Notes: generated by a model not told the origin, from the sequence alone. Positions 39,801 to 54,817 are shown, numbered from the stretch's first letter. The stretch: DNA of 64,000 nt from Octopus sinensis (GCF_006345805.1 NC_043009.1:70990001-71054000); one strand, 5' to 3'. Translations and numbers: made by a program.

Positions 39801-42800
39801 ATCTTACGCCACAGGAATCTCGACCTGGTTGCACCGTCTCATACAAAATGAAACCACATCTTACTATTTGAAACAGCATTTAAGGGATAATGTAGATAAT
39901 TTCCTAAATACACTGGGTTCGAAGACAAAATCTCAGATAGGTGGTAAGGGTTGGAACGTCTTTGATCTTAAGTCGACCGCAACAAACCTGGCTTGTGGCT
40001 AAACAACAACTGCAATAAGTGGCATTTCTCATTTTGCGTTTCATTTACTTAGACATATAGGAATTACTTTTCCCATAAGCCTCACAAAATATTTCTAACA
40101 TCTAACATTATAATCCCATTTCTGTACCACCACCCACTCTCACCATTTTTGCCTTCCAACGCGAAGCTGCGAGCTTGTTAACTATTAACTCCGCCTAACC
40201 TTCAACATACATACGCCTTCTTCTCCATGAAATATTTATCTCCCTTTCTTCAACTCTTCAATTAAAGGTTGCCAACTAACTTTACTTCCCCAGCTGACAG
40301 CCCACTTATCAATTTCATCACATACATCATCATTAAATGTCCACACGTACTCTTTAGCTAGCATAGATTAAAATCACGAGGTATAGAGTGATTATCAGTC
40401 AAAGGTTTTAATATGATTGATCCACTCTTATTTACTCCTTTCTTTCTGACACTGAAGACAATTTCTTCTATTGAAATACGAATTTTATTCCAGCCACTTT
40501 TAATTTTCTCACACCGATAGTAAACCTTTAATCTTATTCATCAATGAGTAGCATCTATATATTCTGTCTCCATACCATTATATTTAGTAACTTTATTTCT
40601 AGATTTTCCTGTTACTTTGAAATTCTCTCTGTCTCATTGTGCATTATTCAATAGATTATTTCGTTCTTGTATTTTAGTATTTTACAAATTTTCTACGACT
40701 TTCTTTAATCTTTTCGATTTCAACATTTACCTCGCAATATATTCTATATTCAATGTCTGAATTATATTTCAACATTTTGCTTTCAATATCTTTTACGTTC
40801 AGTGTCTGAACATTATTCATTATATAAATAAATGACGTCTTTCATCGAAATGCACAAGACACACATTTGGGCGGAGGATGTTGTCGTTTATCGGAAATTC
40901 CATTATTTGATTAGAATTTTATTTCATCGACCCCAAAAGTCTGAAATGGAAATGTTGTACATTATTTTATTGATTTCCCGAAAGACAGCGAGGAAAATTT
41001 CAGCCCCAGCAGAATTCGAACGTAAATATACTACAAGTAGTCTTGTCCGTTACTTTACCGTTTTTATCAATATATCTACTTAGTTTGATTTTATGCAAGA
41101 CGTTCTTATAAATGAATTGGATTTAGGTTGACAAAAGCTAAGGATACGGTTTCAATTGTCAGTTGGCGTTAATCACCTTGAATTTTATCCTTAATGTTTC
41201 TAGGAAATTATGACCGTTACAAAATCCCTATTCCTCTCCACGAATCTAGTCGTTCACTCTCACCGAAAATACGTCAATATTTATGTTGTTCCAATTGATA
41301 AGATTGAGGATTTGCAGAAATGACAGACTTTAGATGAAAGTCTCTTATTGTATTTAGTTTAGTTCTTTTATCTTCATCTGCGTTCATATGCTGTCAGTGT
41401 AACTTTGTAAGGTCACCTTTCACCGAGCGTATCTCTTAAGAGTCGCTAACTTAAAGTACCAGCTCAAGCGGAAAATTCACGGAATTGTTAGAGTCCTGAA
41501 CGAGCTGCTTTGCGTTATTTGTTTTTAGTTCTTTGCGTCTTGTGTTCTTTGATGGTAAATTCGTAGCCCATTTAGCACAACCACGCGGGTATAATCGGTT
41601 CGTAGATCTATTTCATTTCCCACGTGATTCTTGAGCAACTTTAGCTGAGTACACTCTATTGTAGCCATTCGGGCCTGGTCGCCTTTTTAAACAAAACCTA
41701 CTCGCTTCTTCTCCAACCAAACTTGGAGGATCTGAAAGAAAGTAAATGTCTACCCCGTCTATACCACAAACAATACCATTGCGTGCTATTTAATATAGTT
41801 ATGAAATGTTGTGAAACGACCCTTTGGCGTGTGAAAGATTCAACTAACAAGTTGACTCTATCACATCAAATTCGATATGAGAAATAAAGATAACACAAGT
41901 TAATGAGTTCTTTTCTAGTAATTCTAAATTTTACTCTTTCTACACGTTTAGCAGTTCATCTAAATGTGTAGGAAAGATAAACTGTTATTTGAAGTTTAAA
42001 CAACAAAATAACAGAATTAGTTTTTAAAACATTCAGTCATAAACTTTTTTTATTTTATTCCATCAATTTAAACCAATCATTCCTTTAGAAACTCCAACCA
42101 TTTTCCAAAATGTACTATCTTCACCTGCTCTTACTTTTAACTTCTAAAATTAAGTTTGGAATGAAATGAAAATTAGAAATCGATTAAAATAAAATGGAGA
42201 AATGAAATAAAAGAAAAATGGAGGAGAAAAATAAAAGAGAAGGACAAATGTTTCTGTATTTCTTCAGAATGTCTTAAAGGATTAATATTTGTTCATAAGC
42301 GAGCAATAATTCTGTTCCGTGATTTCTTTTCCATAACAAATCAATCTGCTGCTGTTTAAACAGAAACGGATGTGATATTATAGAAATCTCATTGTATACG
42401 GAAATAGCGTGCAGACTTACACAGGTTAATGGATGGTCTTAGTAAATGTCTTTATTCAAGTTGAAATTTTGAAAACGCCTTAAATTTTGATTTTAATGAT
42501 TCCTTTATCGGTTAAAATGTGACAGAGACTAAAGATTTATAGTGTAATCAAATCTATTCACTCTCACTCTACCTCTCCTCTCTTTCTTTCTCTTTTTCTC
42601 TCTCTCTCTCTCTCCCTATCACTCTTTCTTCTTCTCTCTCCCGCTCCCTCTCTCTTTATATATATATATATATATATATATATGCTTTTTTCTCTCATTC
42701 TTTTTCCACTTTCTCTCATTGTCTCTAAAATGATCTGTGGAAAGAGGCCTTGATTCTTATTTCAATTCAATAACTGGTTCGAGCAATCAATTTCTCTGAA

Positions 42801-44049
42801 ATTTAGTTGTTTTAATTGTATTGTAATATTTTCCGGCAAATTGCGTGAAGTAAAAGATAAAAAAAAATTTCAAATTACAAATCTGAAAATAAAACTATGA
42901 AAAAGAATATCGATATGTTTCATTCACAAATACTCAAAATTAAAGAAAAACATGCTATATACCTCGCAAGAGAATTGTCACTGTGTTAGAGAATTCCAAT
43001 TAATACAACGGATAAGAAGCATATTATTAGCAGATCATCGAGGGCCTACTTCTTTATTAATTTTATAATCGCATTTAGCGACCAACAACGTCACTGATAA
43101 CAGGCTTGCAGCGAATCTTTCACTGGTTCATTGAATTTTATAATAGATTACTGAGGGAGAAATATCTCACGGAAATGTTCTACATGCAAATTGAAATCTA
43201 GTGCGGCGGTCTCATACACGTAATATAGTAATCTTTTGAAAAGTGCAGATCAACTGATATTATCCAGCATCTGGATAATCGCTAACTCGGTTGTTAATAT
43301 CTAATACACTGAATTAATTGGAAAGTTTTGACATAGGAAATGTAGCTTAAGAATGGAATGTAGCTTAGGAATGGCTTTTGTCTTAAAGTAACTGGAGGAA
43401 GCAACAGACTTGCTTTGGCCTTATTAAATAAGCTTAGCAAAACATTCTACTTGGCAAGACAGCGAGATTTTTGTCGCCACTAATTTGATTCATGATCTCA
43501 GTTAATCTTTTTTCAACTAATATTAAATGTGTGAAACCTTTAAGTATTGTCAATAATAGTGATCTTGGGAAAGAAAACTTGTAAAAAGACTGTTTTACTG
43601 CACTCGAAACCTAAACCACCCGATTCACACAGCATTTCATATCATTTTTTCCTAGTAAATTTCATTAACCAGATATCTCTCTAAGCCCTTCGTTCGGTTT
43701 CCTCCCGTCATTTGCAGCTCCCTGCAAATCCTTCCTTTATGCTTTATTTTCCCAAATAAGGTAAAAATCGTTTTCAACCATTTACAGGTGTGTGTATGTG
43801 AATGTATGTATATATGTATGTGTGTGTGTGTGTGTGTGTGTATGTGCGTATGTATGTATGATCTACGAAGCTAAAGAATGTATAGAATGTTATTCTTGGA
43901 GTTGGGACCCCCCCAGCCCGGCTCCGAATGTTTGCTTTTGTCTTTATTGTGCAGATCCAACCTCTTACACAATGCTAGCAATGTTATGGCTAGACGTATG
44001 CATTTATGTGTGTATTGTTAGAGTCGCTCTTGAGCACTAATAATAACAT

Positions 44050-45340
44050 GTAATTTGGTACAACCGCTTATAATGACAAAACCATCAAACCTACCATTTT
44101 GGTGATGGGGTTGATTTTTCAAGTCCACTGAGAGAAGAAAACTAAAACCTGTTAAAGCACATAAACTTATCAGAGTAATGTGATGGACATATGCACGTTT
44201 AAGATGACTGCGTGTGTGTTTTGTCAGGAGGCAGCAGCTTGTGGGCTTCGTTGACATGGAAGACTATAGTGGAGAAAGACCGGATACACGGTGGAAAGGA
44301 GCATTGTTTGAAAACCAAGAATTGATGATCTCTGCATGACACTTGATTAAAAAGTAGAATGCTTCTTGGAAGAACAGACGTCACTTCGAAACAGTGTCAG
44401 AATAAAACAAAACTGGTTCCGATCGATTCATTCAACTACTTCATAAATACTTTCTTTACGAAGATTGTTTAAAGGAAGTAAGAGATCAAAACTGGACGCC
44501 ATATTAAAATCAGAAGATTTCAAAAACGCTTAAGACATATTTATTGCGAGAAACTAATGTAAAGTTAATAATTATATGGTGATGTAAGTGACATTGATAT
44601 TCTCCACAAGGCGGCAATGGCACAAATTCCTCCGACCGATGATTTAGAGGTCTTTTAAAAAGACCTTTGCAGGAATGCTCTAAAAGACACTCTGACACCC
44701 AGATGTTTCGTAACAACACCACCTTAAGCTGTATTCACACCCACCAAAGATAATGGACCAAACTTTTTTGGTAAAATGAAAGCAAATGTTTAGCGATTTG
44801 GGGAATGGATATGGCTGAAGAAGCTCAATTATTGTTGCTAAAAGAGGAAATTACAGTTGCTCAAATACGTTTACACTTGGAAAAGACAAATACTGAGTCT
44901 ATCTTTCGTTAACCGGACGTCAGTGGACAGCATTACATGTGGGAAAAGACAAGCTGAAATAAGTGAATGGTTTCCAGTGTCTTAGAAACTGAACAATAAA
45001 TGCTGATAAAGTTTAGTCAGCAGGTAACAAACTGACCACGGAAATCAAATGTAAATCCCGATTTCTCAGAGCAACAGAAATGGGTTTGCTGGTGCGTGGT
45101 GTAGAAAGATGGACACTAACGAAAAGCTTACAAACTCTCTTGGACAGAGTGTGCACAAGATTACATCAAGCATCATTCAATATGCCATGAAGCAAACATC
45201 TAAAATTAATGCCGAATCTATGTCTGGTAGCAAGAACGTCATGTCAAGTAAGATTAAACTTTATTGGCCACTGTTGGAGAAACAAAGATAAGGTGTTACA
45301 TCCGTTATTGCTATGGAAACCTACTAATGACAAAAGATCG
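44050..45340 (+). mobile_element. RTE/RTEX-type LINE remnant
   Basis: GML*.DTLTP (~44690, GVLQGDTLAP-like), DMAEEAQLLL...LHLEKT (~44810-44890), and KSRFLRATEMGLLVRGVERWTLTKSLQTLLD...RLNFIGHCWRNKDKVLHPLLLWKP (~45050-45330). Confidence 0.6.
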
Positions 45341-45735
45341 AGAGAAAGATGTCACATTATGTACAAGGCCAACTGAGATAAAATTCGACTCATTTCTACT
45401 ATCGGTGATGTGAGGAAATGTGGCACGTGTGCAAATTTCTCTGAAGGGATGTGTGTGTGTGTGTGCATGCTTACAAGTGTGTGTGTGTGAATTTATGAGC
45501 ATAAGTGTATGTGTGCATATTAATTATTTCATAATTCCTACACTATTTATAAAGTTACTTCATTTCAATGGTGCATTTAACTACATAGAATTTTAAAAGA
45601 AGTACGGCAACGTTTTGTAAAATGTTCATTTCCACGTACACTTGGTGTTGTGAATTAATCTATCCAACTATCTATTCATTTTTAGAAATAAAGGTAGATA
45701 AACGGATAGTTAGGTATGTGACACAGTGTGTGTGC

Positions 45736-45775
<40 letters not shown>

Positions 45776-48229
45776 ATAAAATAGTTGCATTGTAGTGAAC
45801 AGTTAGACATCTGTGCAAATAGGAAATTCGAAACATTAAATTTGTTCCAAAGTAATGGAACGAAAAATTAAGCAAAAGCAACGAAGAATATTTTATAGGA
45901 ATCTTCAAATCTTGAATCTGAAACTAAACCGTAAATACTAACAAACGCTACAAAAAGCAATTATTATAATAACATGGTACCAAAATTTCGTCGAAATTAC
46001 ATACAGAAAATGTTCCGTGTTTCCCATCAGATCTGTGTTAACCTGGAGTACATTTTTTTTAAATTTTGAAAGGTCTTTGTGTAAGACAAATTGTAGTTTA
46101 GAATGCTCGGATCTCGATTTAAAAATTAAAGTTATGAGGAAAGAGAAACAATGCTCACAGCAGAATGTTAAGCTGCTGCACAACAGAGATTGATGTCCTG
46201 AATTTAGTCTTCCTGAGTAAATGTTATTGTTCTTAAAACTTTTAAATCTACAGAAAAAATTCTCTATTTAATAGAAATAATAGAAAGCACACAAGAGTAA
46301 ACTATTGTTAATCAAGTATAAATGTTGTCTGAGTAAAGGTAAAGTGAGTTCAAACTCTAGCACAAGGATGAAGTTTTAGGCGAAGGTAAGTTCATCAGTC
46401 TGAAAAATGTCGGTTTAATTCAGTTAAATGTCGGTTAAATATAACAGGTTTTCTCACCACAGAACTAAAAAAAAACATTATTTTGTAACACCGGCGAAGA
46501 GAAACATACTTTGCGATTGAGTGCAGATGAAAAAACCGATCTCAGTATTGAGACGTTATTGTATTGACTCCGAGAGAGTGATTGGCAAACTTCGATGAGA
46601 TTTGAACTCAGTATACAAAAGAAGGTAAGTAAATATCAGGAAGGCAATATATCAGCTGCTCTAGCAATAAATAAATAACACAAACGATCTAATTTAATCT
46701 TCGCCTCCTATCTCTATGTAATATGTCAGAATCTCGGTTGTTTGTAATGCATTGGTTGGTGCTGGAACTTCGATTTTGTGTGATTCTTTATTTTTCTCCT
46801 TTCCAATTGATCCAAGTTGTAGTTTCTAAGAAACATATATATTTCAGCGAGGGTGTCAAGAGTTAATCACCAATAATTATTGACACGAACTGACATTATT
46901 TCATCGTTCCACTTTCTGTTTCTGCACATGAACACCTAATCGTTATTATCAAACGAACGGATGAGATGATTCCCTTTAAGAGGATTAATGTGAGCCACGA
47001 TTGCTTTGCATATCACTTGTAGAAATATTCAATGCTTCCTCTTTCTCTTCTGCCTGCAGCTTCTCATAGTTGTTTATTCCAAGTCAGCTTATGTTCGAGC
47101 TAGGAATGTTTTAAGATAAAACGAAAAATTCTTACGAATTCAGGTACGATGAATCCATAGAAGTTAAAATAAAATAAACGTCCCTTTATTTCGTTTTCTT
47201 CTTACATTCTGAATGAAATAAGACAAACTATTTATGGGTATTCAAAAGTTTTGGCCATTGCAAATTTTAATGTACATTTGAAGAAATATATTAACCGCGC
47301 ACATAAGATTTTTCACAATATCAAAATTCGAAGAGAATGGGTATGTAATACATTCAATTTACCAGGTATGTGTTAGAAGATTTTCCTTAATTATATCCAG
47401 TGGATAGTAAAATTTTGTTGAACTCTAAGATTTGAAGTGAGAATTTAAAAGGGAAGGAAATACCGAAATGTTGTTAGACATGTGCCCTGGTACAATAGCT
47501 TTTGATGCTGCACCAATATTAAGATAGGAAATACAAATTCAATGAAACAATTTGATGCCAAGTTTACAAAGGATTTCTGACGAGGTGAGATAAAAATCTG
47601 TTCAATTGGCCCTCACTTGCATCATACAGAATGGTCAGACATAATATTCCGTGTGTGTATCAGACATCGGCATTCTAGTGAACATGCATATACGCACGCT
47701 TACACACATATATATACATGCACGCATACATTCATACACACATAGAAACACACTCATTTATACGTGCATACGCACACATACCTGCACACATATATGTACG
47801 TACATACATACTTAAATACGGACATACGCACACATGCATACGAATGCGTGTCTGTGTTTGTGTGTGTGCGTATGTATGTGTGTCTCCGTGCGCCCGCGCG
47901 CGTATGTTTGTCTATAGTTTTACATAACACAGAACTCAATGCAAAAATGTATTCGAATGCCGGATTAACAAGTTCCACTCTTTCCTTCGATCGTCTGGTA
48001 ATAAAATTTGGAATAATGTTCATATCAAGTCTTATTGAAAATAAACATTCTTATCTATAATTATCCGAAATTCATGGAGTGTAGTTGGATTAATATTAAT
48101 AACCGGTGAGGCGAACAAACGGTGAAGCTGATGAAGCTGACAATTGTAACGCGATCGATGCTTAACACATCGTTTAAATACAGTTATTATTCTATCGCTT
48201 TCTGTCTCTGTCTTTATCTCCACATATTT

Positions 48230-48236
48230 GTGTGTG

Positions 48237-48317
<81 letters not shown>

Positions 48318-48320
48318 ATG

Positions 48321-48353
<33 letters not shown>

Positions 48354-48469
48354 GTATATATATGTATATATATATATGTATATATGTATACATATATACA
48401 TATATATATATGTATATATGTATATACATGTATATATATATATATATTATATATATGTATATATGTATA

Positions 48470-48540
<71 letters not shown>
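48230..48540. repeat. ~310-bp (TA)n/(TATG)n array
   Basis: Directly visible; similar arrays at about 12310-12600, 31850-32170, 33700-33800, 34240-34400 and 55560-55970. Confidence 0.98.
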
Positions 48541-48541
<1 letters not shown>

Positions 48542-49417
48542 TTGTTAATGTTGTGGAACAAAATGATCAAATTGCTGAATTCAATTTTAAGTTGGAAGTC
48601 TTATAAATATGATATTCGAGAAATTTACTTGCTCGGTCAAGTGTGCACTTCTCCGGTTTAAAAGTATGAAAGTGATTCGCAGCGGTGTCTGCTGGTGTTG
48701 GTCATGCATTAACGCTGGTCATATTAGAATATCTGAATCTCGCCGTGTGAAAATTACTTTGTTCATTTCATTTAAGATTGAAGTAGAATAATGTTTAATA
48801 TAAAAATTTTTATGTCACATGACATTGAATTTTTTTATAATGCCTTTCCTTTAACTAATATTGTCGTAAAACTGCAACTAGTCTCCATTCTCTCTCGACT
48901 TCTGAACATGCTCTGCAAGCGCTATGTATTGTTTCCCTCCAGCTGATTATGACGGAACATTGTGTTCTACTGATGCAAGCGCTCGAAGTTATGTAGGGTT
49001 TTGCCTCACAGACAGGTTTCATCTCCTTCGCCGTACTCCAGTCTTAGATAACAAAGAAGAAGAAAACAGAACGAACTAGAATTCACTTAGGAATACATGC
49101 CCAGATTCGACTTTGAGAATTCTAAGCGCCGCAGATAACAACCATCCACTAGAATTGTCTTTCTTTCAAATTTCCTGAGTTGCATTGTCGACGATCGAAC
49201 GGAATCGCCATCTGAGTGACTTATACATGTTTATCTTACACGTACACAATTGTGGTTATATTCTCAGTAGTTTAATCGCCAGTATGTGTGTGTATATGTA
49301 TGTGTGTGTGTGTGTATGTGTGTGTGTCCCCAAAATGTAAGCAAAACGCGAAAAAGCTCATTTTTCATTGCACCAAATACAGGTCTTCACTATGCTATGT
49401 CTAGCTAATCTACTCCA

Positions 49418-49664
49418 GTGGAGGCGCGTGTCTTAATGGTTAGGGTGTTGAACACATGATCGTTAGATGTTAGTTTCGATTCCTGAACCGGGTGACGCGT
49501 TATGTTCTTGAGCTAAACACTTCGTTTCAAGTTGCTCCAATCCACTCAGCTGGCCAAACTGAGTAGCCCGGCGACAGACTGGCGTCGCGCCCAGATAGAG
49601 AGTATATACACCACTGAACCCGGGAAACTGGCCCTTAGGAGCCTGGCATGACTCGAGAAGAAAA
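49418..49664 (+). mobile_element. Near full-length tRNA-derived SINE with CORE-like and V-domain-like blocks
   Basis: A-box-like TAATGGTTAGGG, B-box-like GTTTCGATTCC, TGTTCTTGAGCTAAACACTT...GCTCCAATCCACTCAGCTGG, then GCGACAGACTGGCGTCGCGCCCAG. Confidence 0.8.
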
Positions 49665-50940
49665 CATTTGAATTTGCGTCAGCATTGTGTTTTTCAGAAT
49701 ATCAGGGAGCTTCATATTGGCTTCTTTATATATTCTGAGCCAAACTATTCACAAAATAGAATGATGAATGTATTTTTGTCATTCTCGCTTTTTTTTGTTT
49801 TGTTTTGTTATTTGTTGTTGTTTTTTTTTGTAGAAGAGGTAATATATTCTTTGTCATGATTACGAATTCATCAATCAAAATTTTCGTTTTCTCAATTTTT
49901 AAATAGCAACGATTTTTTTTTCTGAGAGCTGACGTTTTTACTAAGGATGTTCTGTAACTCGAATGTCGTAGGTACGAGTATGCTTTTAGTGCGCGTGGTT
50001 AGCTCTTAAATACCTTAAATCGTTGCTCATTGCATGTAAGCTGCCACTGGGGTCCATCGAATGGTAGTCAATAGCTACATTGTAAAAGATTGAATTTTCT
50101 ATCCTCTGTAGCGGGGTTTCTTTATTGTCGTCCGGATTGCCGTAAGTGGTGAGAGCTTAGTTAATGTTACTAACTTATTAAGTTAGTTAATACCTGACAA
50201 AATTACTTATTCTTCCTCACCAAAGATTAGCAACGTGCCCGGTAATTTCGACTCCGATTGCTCCACCTTTTATTTGTTTAAAAGTTTGTTGCAAATCTTA
50301 AATACTGGATTCCTTCACGTCGTTTTAAAACTGATACGTATAAAATGTGCGAACGTGCTCCTCAGTCTATGAGCCGGGTGGGTTGGTCATGGCCAACCAG
50401 CGCAGCGTTCAGTTGTAATATTTTGAAGAGTGAAACCATATTAACTGAATAGAAAACAAGATGGGAAAATATAGAACATATACAAAAATATATAAAACAA
50501 ACAAAATAAAAGAAATAATTGAAGTTTAAAATGACGAACACTGGGTGATCCATGATCGATGTCATGGCATCAAATCATAAATATTAGTGACGCAAAAACA
50601 CGTCGCTAAACTCAACAAGGTTAACAGCTTTGTGTGCTATTGAAGGGCTACACTGTACATACACATACTTAAACCTACACACGCACACACGCACACACAA
50701 ATACATATACGTGCGTGTCTGTGTGAGTGTGTGTCTCTTGTATATGTGTGTGTGTGTTTGCGCGTGTGTGTGTTTGAGCGCGTGTGTATGTGTGTGTGTG
50801 CTCAATTCCAGCGCTAGCTCTGCTTTACTTAGTCGCTCAAACTTTTCTTCTCCTCCCGTAGTAGACTACACACAGCAGTTCTTGTTTTTGTTGCTTTTCT
50901 TTGTGGGTGGAGGGGGGGCTGTCAAAGAAGTCAATTGTTA

Positions 50941-51153
50941 TACTCTTTACTCTTTTACTTGTTTTAGTCAGTTGACTGCGGCCAAGCTGGAGCATCGCCT
51001 TTAGTCAAGCAAATCGACCCTGGGACTTATTCTTTGTAAGCCTAGTACTTGTTCTATCAGTCTCTTTTGTCGAACCGTTAAGTTACAGGGACATAAACAC
51101 ACCAACATCGGTTGTCAAGTGATGATGGGGGACAAACAGAGACACACAAACAT

Positions 51154-51198
<45 letters not shown>

Positions 51199-51348
51199 TA
51201 CGACGGGCTTGTTTCAGTTTCCGTCTACCAAATCCACTCACAAGGCTTTGGTTGGCCCGAGGCTATGGTAGAAAACACTTGCGCAAGGTGCCACGCAGTG
51301 GGACTGAACCCGGAACCATGTGGTTGGTAAACAAGCTACTTACCACAT
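50941..51348 (-). mobile_element. CORE-type tRNA SINE, family B, near full length
   Basis: Reverse complement of 62097-62512 family: TGTGGTAAGTAGCTTG...CCGGGTTCAGTCCCACTGCGTGGCACCTTGCGCAAGTG...GGTAGACGGAAACTGAAA. Resembles the octopus CORE-SINEs as I recall them. Confidence 0.9.
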
Positions 51349-52169
51349 GGTTAAAATTAGAATATATTTTCTTAAGGAGACATCGAAGAAAGAAAGAGAA
51401 ACAAAATGACTAATGTGTTTATAAAAGCTAGACTGAATCAGTCGATGCTCAATGGCAAGTAGCGAAAACTTCATAATTGCTTTGCTGGTTAGTTCCAGTG
51501 AAATCAACATAGCGCTAAAATTCAAATAAAAACGTTGTGATTATTGAACAATAAATATGTGAATAGAATTTATGCATCAATTGAAAACATCCTCGTTGTA
51601 ATTGAAAAGTCTAAGATTTCCATGGAGCAAAATAACTCTAGAGAATATTTTTGCTGAATTCTATCGCTAGCCTCACTTCGTCGTTCTCTTTTTATGTCAT
51701 ACAAAGCATCCAAACGCCAGACAGACACTTATTTTCTTGAAGCAAATTAAATTGTATGTGTTAGAATCGGAATTTAACATCGAAACATGAATAGCCACAA
51801 GCTTATTTATTATGAAAAAAAATTTCATCAAGATATTATTTATCTTTGAAATCCACAGCTAAGATTAGCTTTGACATAATTATGTAAGTTATATGCCGAT
51901 TGATTGCTAATTTGTCATGTAGAGGAAAGGAGAGGGCCTTCTTGCAATCCATGCTTTATTCTTTAGTGAGACGAGAGGAATGTAACACTTATTATCATTA
52001 TGAATGTCTGTAATGAAATGTTCTTTCTTTTCGTTTCAGCGAAGGAGTCCTTCATACTTGTCTGCAGCTGCTATTTCTATAGGGCTGAATCTCTTGAGCA
52101 CAGAGTAAAATATGCAAATTAGTGTGTGTATTAATTATTTTGTGTGAAATTATATTTATCTTTGAATTT

Positions 52170-52680
52170 TATTTATTTCACCCATTGGACTGCAGCCAAA
52201 CTGGGGCATCGAGCTGAAGGATTTTATCGAAGGAATCGACACCAGTATTCATTAGTAAAGCTGGTACTTATTTTCTCGGCTCATATGCTGAACCGCTAGG
52301 TTGCGGGGACGTAAACCAATGAATCCAGTTGCCAACAAAATGACAAAGACACACATTCATAGATATAGATATGTTTAGTTATGACGAGCTTCTTTCAGTT
52401 TCCTTTTATCAAATCCATTCACAAGGTGTTGGTTGGCCGGAGTTAAAACAGAAGCACACTTGCGGCCAAGAATTTTGACCAGCTTTCAAACCATTCTGCC
52501 CTCCCGTCACTGTAACAAACGCCCCAGAGTTTGGTACAAAGCCAGCGATTTTAGGGTTAGTTGAATTTATCCAGTGCGTGACTGATGCATTATTTGATAG
52601 AGCTCGTAATGATAAAAGGCAAAGTTCACCGCGTGGGTACTTGAATTCGGAATATACAAAGCCAGAAGAAATGCTGTGTA
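52170..52680 (-). mobile_element. Adjacent diverged SINEs: family B (~52170-52470) and family A (~52540-52680)
   Basis: GAACCGCTAGGTTGCGGGGACGTAAAC...TTTCAGTTTCC (family B); TTGGTACAAAGCCAGCG...AAGGCAAAGTTCACC (family A). Confidence 0.65.
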
Positions 52681-54731
52681 ATCGTTATTAAGCAAGAAGG
52701 TGTCGAATATGTTGAAAATGCGCACCTTTAATAATGAGATCATTAACTCATGTGCTCATGTGTAAAAGATCATATATTTTGGTAGCTTTGCATACACTTA
52801 CAACATTTGTGAAATTAGGTAAAGCGTTTATTATAGAAAACAACGTAAAATAAGGAGGTCTCCATTGACCACAACATATTAGAAATATTCAAAGCTGTAT
52901 AAAATTTCAGGAATGACAAATATAATCTTATTCTCCGATTATTTTGACATTTTTATTTACATTCTCGTTATTGACGCCATCATAATTGACAGCTGGGGGC
53001 GGTCGAGAATGGCTTATAAATATTTCAGTCACTATATTAGTTTGGATTGTATAATCGCATTTTCGTCAGTAACATAGTCGAATAAGCACTCAATGCACTA
53101 AACAACATTATTTTAAATACTATGAATACAGGATGCTGCCAGACGTGGCTTAATAGTTTGACATCCATCGCCCTAATGTACAATTAAATATACAATAATG
53201 GAGGTAAACAAATATACTTAATCTGTAGTGCTATGGCATCCACAAAATGTGACGTTGTCTATACACACACACATACACACACACACACACACATACACAC
53301 ACAAACACACACGCGCAAACACACGTACGCACACACGCACACATAGTAAGTTGGTAAGAAAGTCCTGTCGCACTTCAAGATGGGGAAGAAACAAATGCTC
53401 CTTTGGTTTCGATATATTTACTCCTGGCAATATTTCTCCTCGTTATTAATAGCATTGAGCCCATCAATTGTTTCAAATAATTAATCCTTAGGGTGTAAAA
53501 TTCTTCTTATACCGATTCAAAGAAACACTCAAATAATAAACTGAATAATGTTGCAATGATCTGAAAAGATGATTACCAGATGGAAGAAGGTCAGGCGAGT
53601 AAGGATGTTAGTTGCATAATTTTTCCCTGGGTGATTGGGCAATATCATAGACTTGCATTATCGCATAAAAACAAATCCGCGTCACGATTGGCCGATGACA
53701 GGTGCTTTGTCACCTACAAAGTTTTATGAAATCCGTCCAAGTGATATCAATATTTCTCCTGTTATCTGTTTCGTTTATTTTTCTACCTTTTTTATGACGG
53801 ACGAAACCCTTCATATTTTACCAAACACAGAGCATAGCTTTTTGGGGTACAGTTTTAGTTTGCAGATAGCTTCTTCTTTTTCATTGGATATTAGCAATTG
53901 GGGTTTTCCAGCAGATGTAATGATTCAAGCCAGGAAGGAATCGGTAACAAGTCAACTCTTCAATACCACGCAGATGGCAATCTTTAATTAAGCCGAGAAG
54001 CATTTAGACGATGAAGAACAACCACTGGCCACATTTTTGACATTTTTACTGGGACGTAGACGTGGTCTTAGGATCCAAGCATGGCTTGGGTTAAAATGGT
54101 TTGCTAATTTTTATGCAGATTGTTTCGATTTTTCTCGACTAGAGTTTCTAGAAGTTCAATATTGACAAAACCTGGTTGTCCGGTTGAAGAACAGTGTGTG
54201 AGAGAAACATTGCCCACGCAAAACTGGCCAAAGCCCCGTTGGCGCGTCCGGCATACAAAGCTTCATTTCCGAAGACAGAATGGATACAACTTGCAGCTTC
54301 CATATTTAAAGATCCCCTTTTGCATTCATACAGCATGAAGTACCTGTTGTAGGTCTGATCTACACTTATTTCAAAACGTGAAGTCGATTCCATTTTAACC
54401 ATCATAGCATAAAATAATGTGTAAAAAAAGGGAATAAACATTAAAATATAAAAACTATTTTACCGTAAGTGCTACAGAACTACCCTCGTTTTTTCTTTCC
54501 AACCTAAAGGCTATGCACACGCATACGCGTTTGTGTGTGTGTATGTGTGTGTGTGCGTGTGTGTGTGTGTGTGCAATTAATGTTGCATCAGTAATACTCT
54601 AGTCTGTGTATGCTATATATCAATATGCAGCCCTAGGAAGCATCGACGCTTCCTGTCGACCTTGACACATTTCCTGTGTCCTTATATATTTACGAAGGGG
54701 AGACAAGCACCCCCAACAGCTAGGCCTGTAG

Positions 54732-54776
54732 CTAGAGACACGCATGTTCCTGGGTCTTGCCCGTCATCAGTCTAGA
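54732..54776 (-). ncRNA. Type I hammerhead ribozyme motif, core-mutated copy
   Basis: Reverse complement TCTAGA-CTGATGA-CGGG-CAAGA-CCCA-GGAA-CATGCGTG-TC-TCTAG; GAAA is changed to GGAA. Confidence 0.55.
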
Positions 54777-54817
54777 GTATCAAGTCCTGCTAGCTGAAGA
54801 TACCTGCCTAGACCTCG

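Noticed and set aside
40448-40500. CTGAAGA-C-AAT...ATT-GAAA hammerhead-like remnant
   Set aside because: Only a weak A-T stem II, ambiguous stem III and no contiguous stem I; could be a decayed PLE tail but is unsupported.
44230-44340. P-element/THAP transposase (LVGFVDM)
   Set aside because: A single short motif lying within what reads better as an RTE remnant.
53635-54340. ORFs of 118 and 72 aa as genes
   Set aside because: No recognisable product; faint RTE-like motifs (AEKHL...QPLATF) suggest decayed LINE, too weak to annotate.
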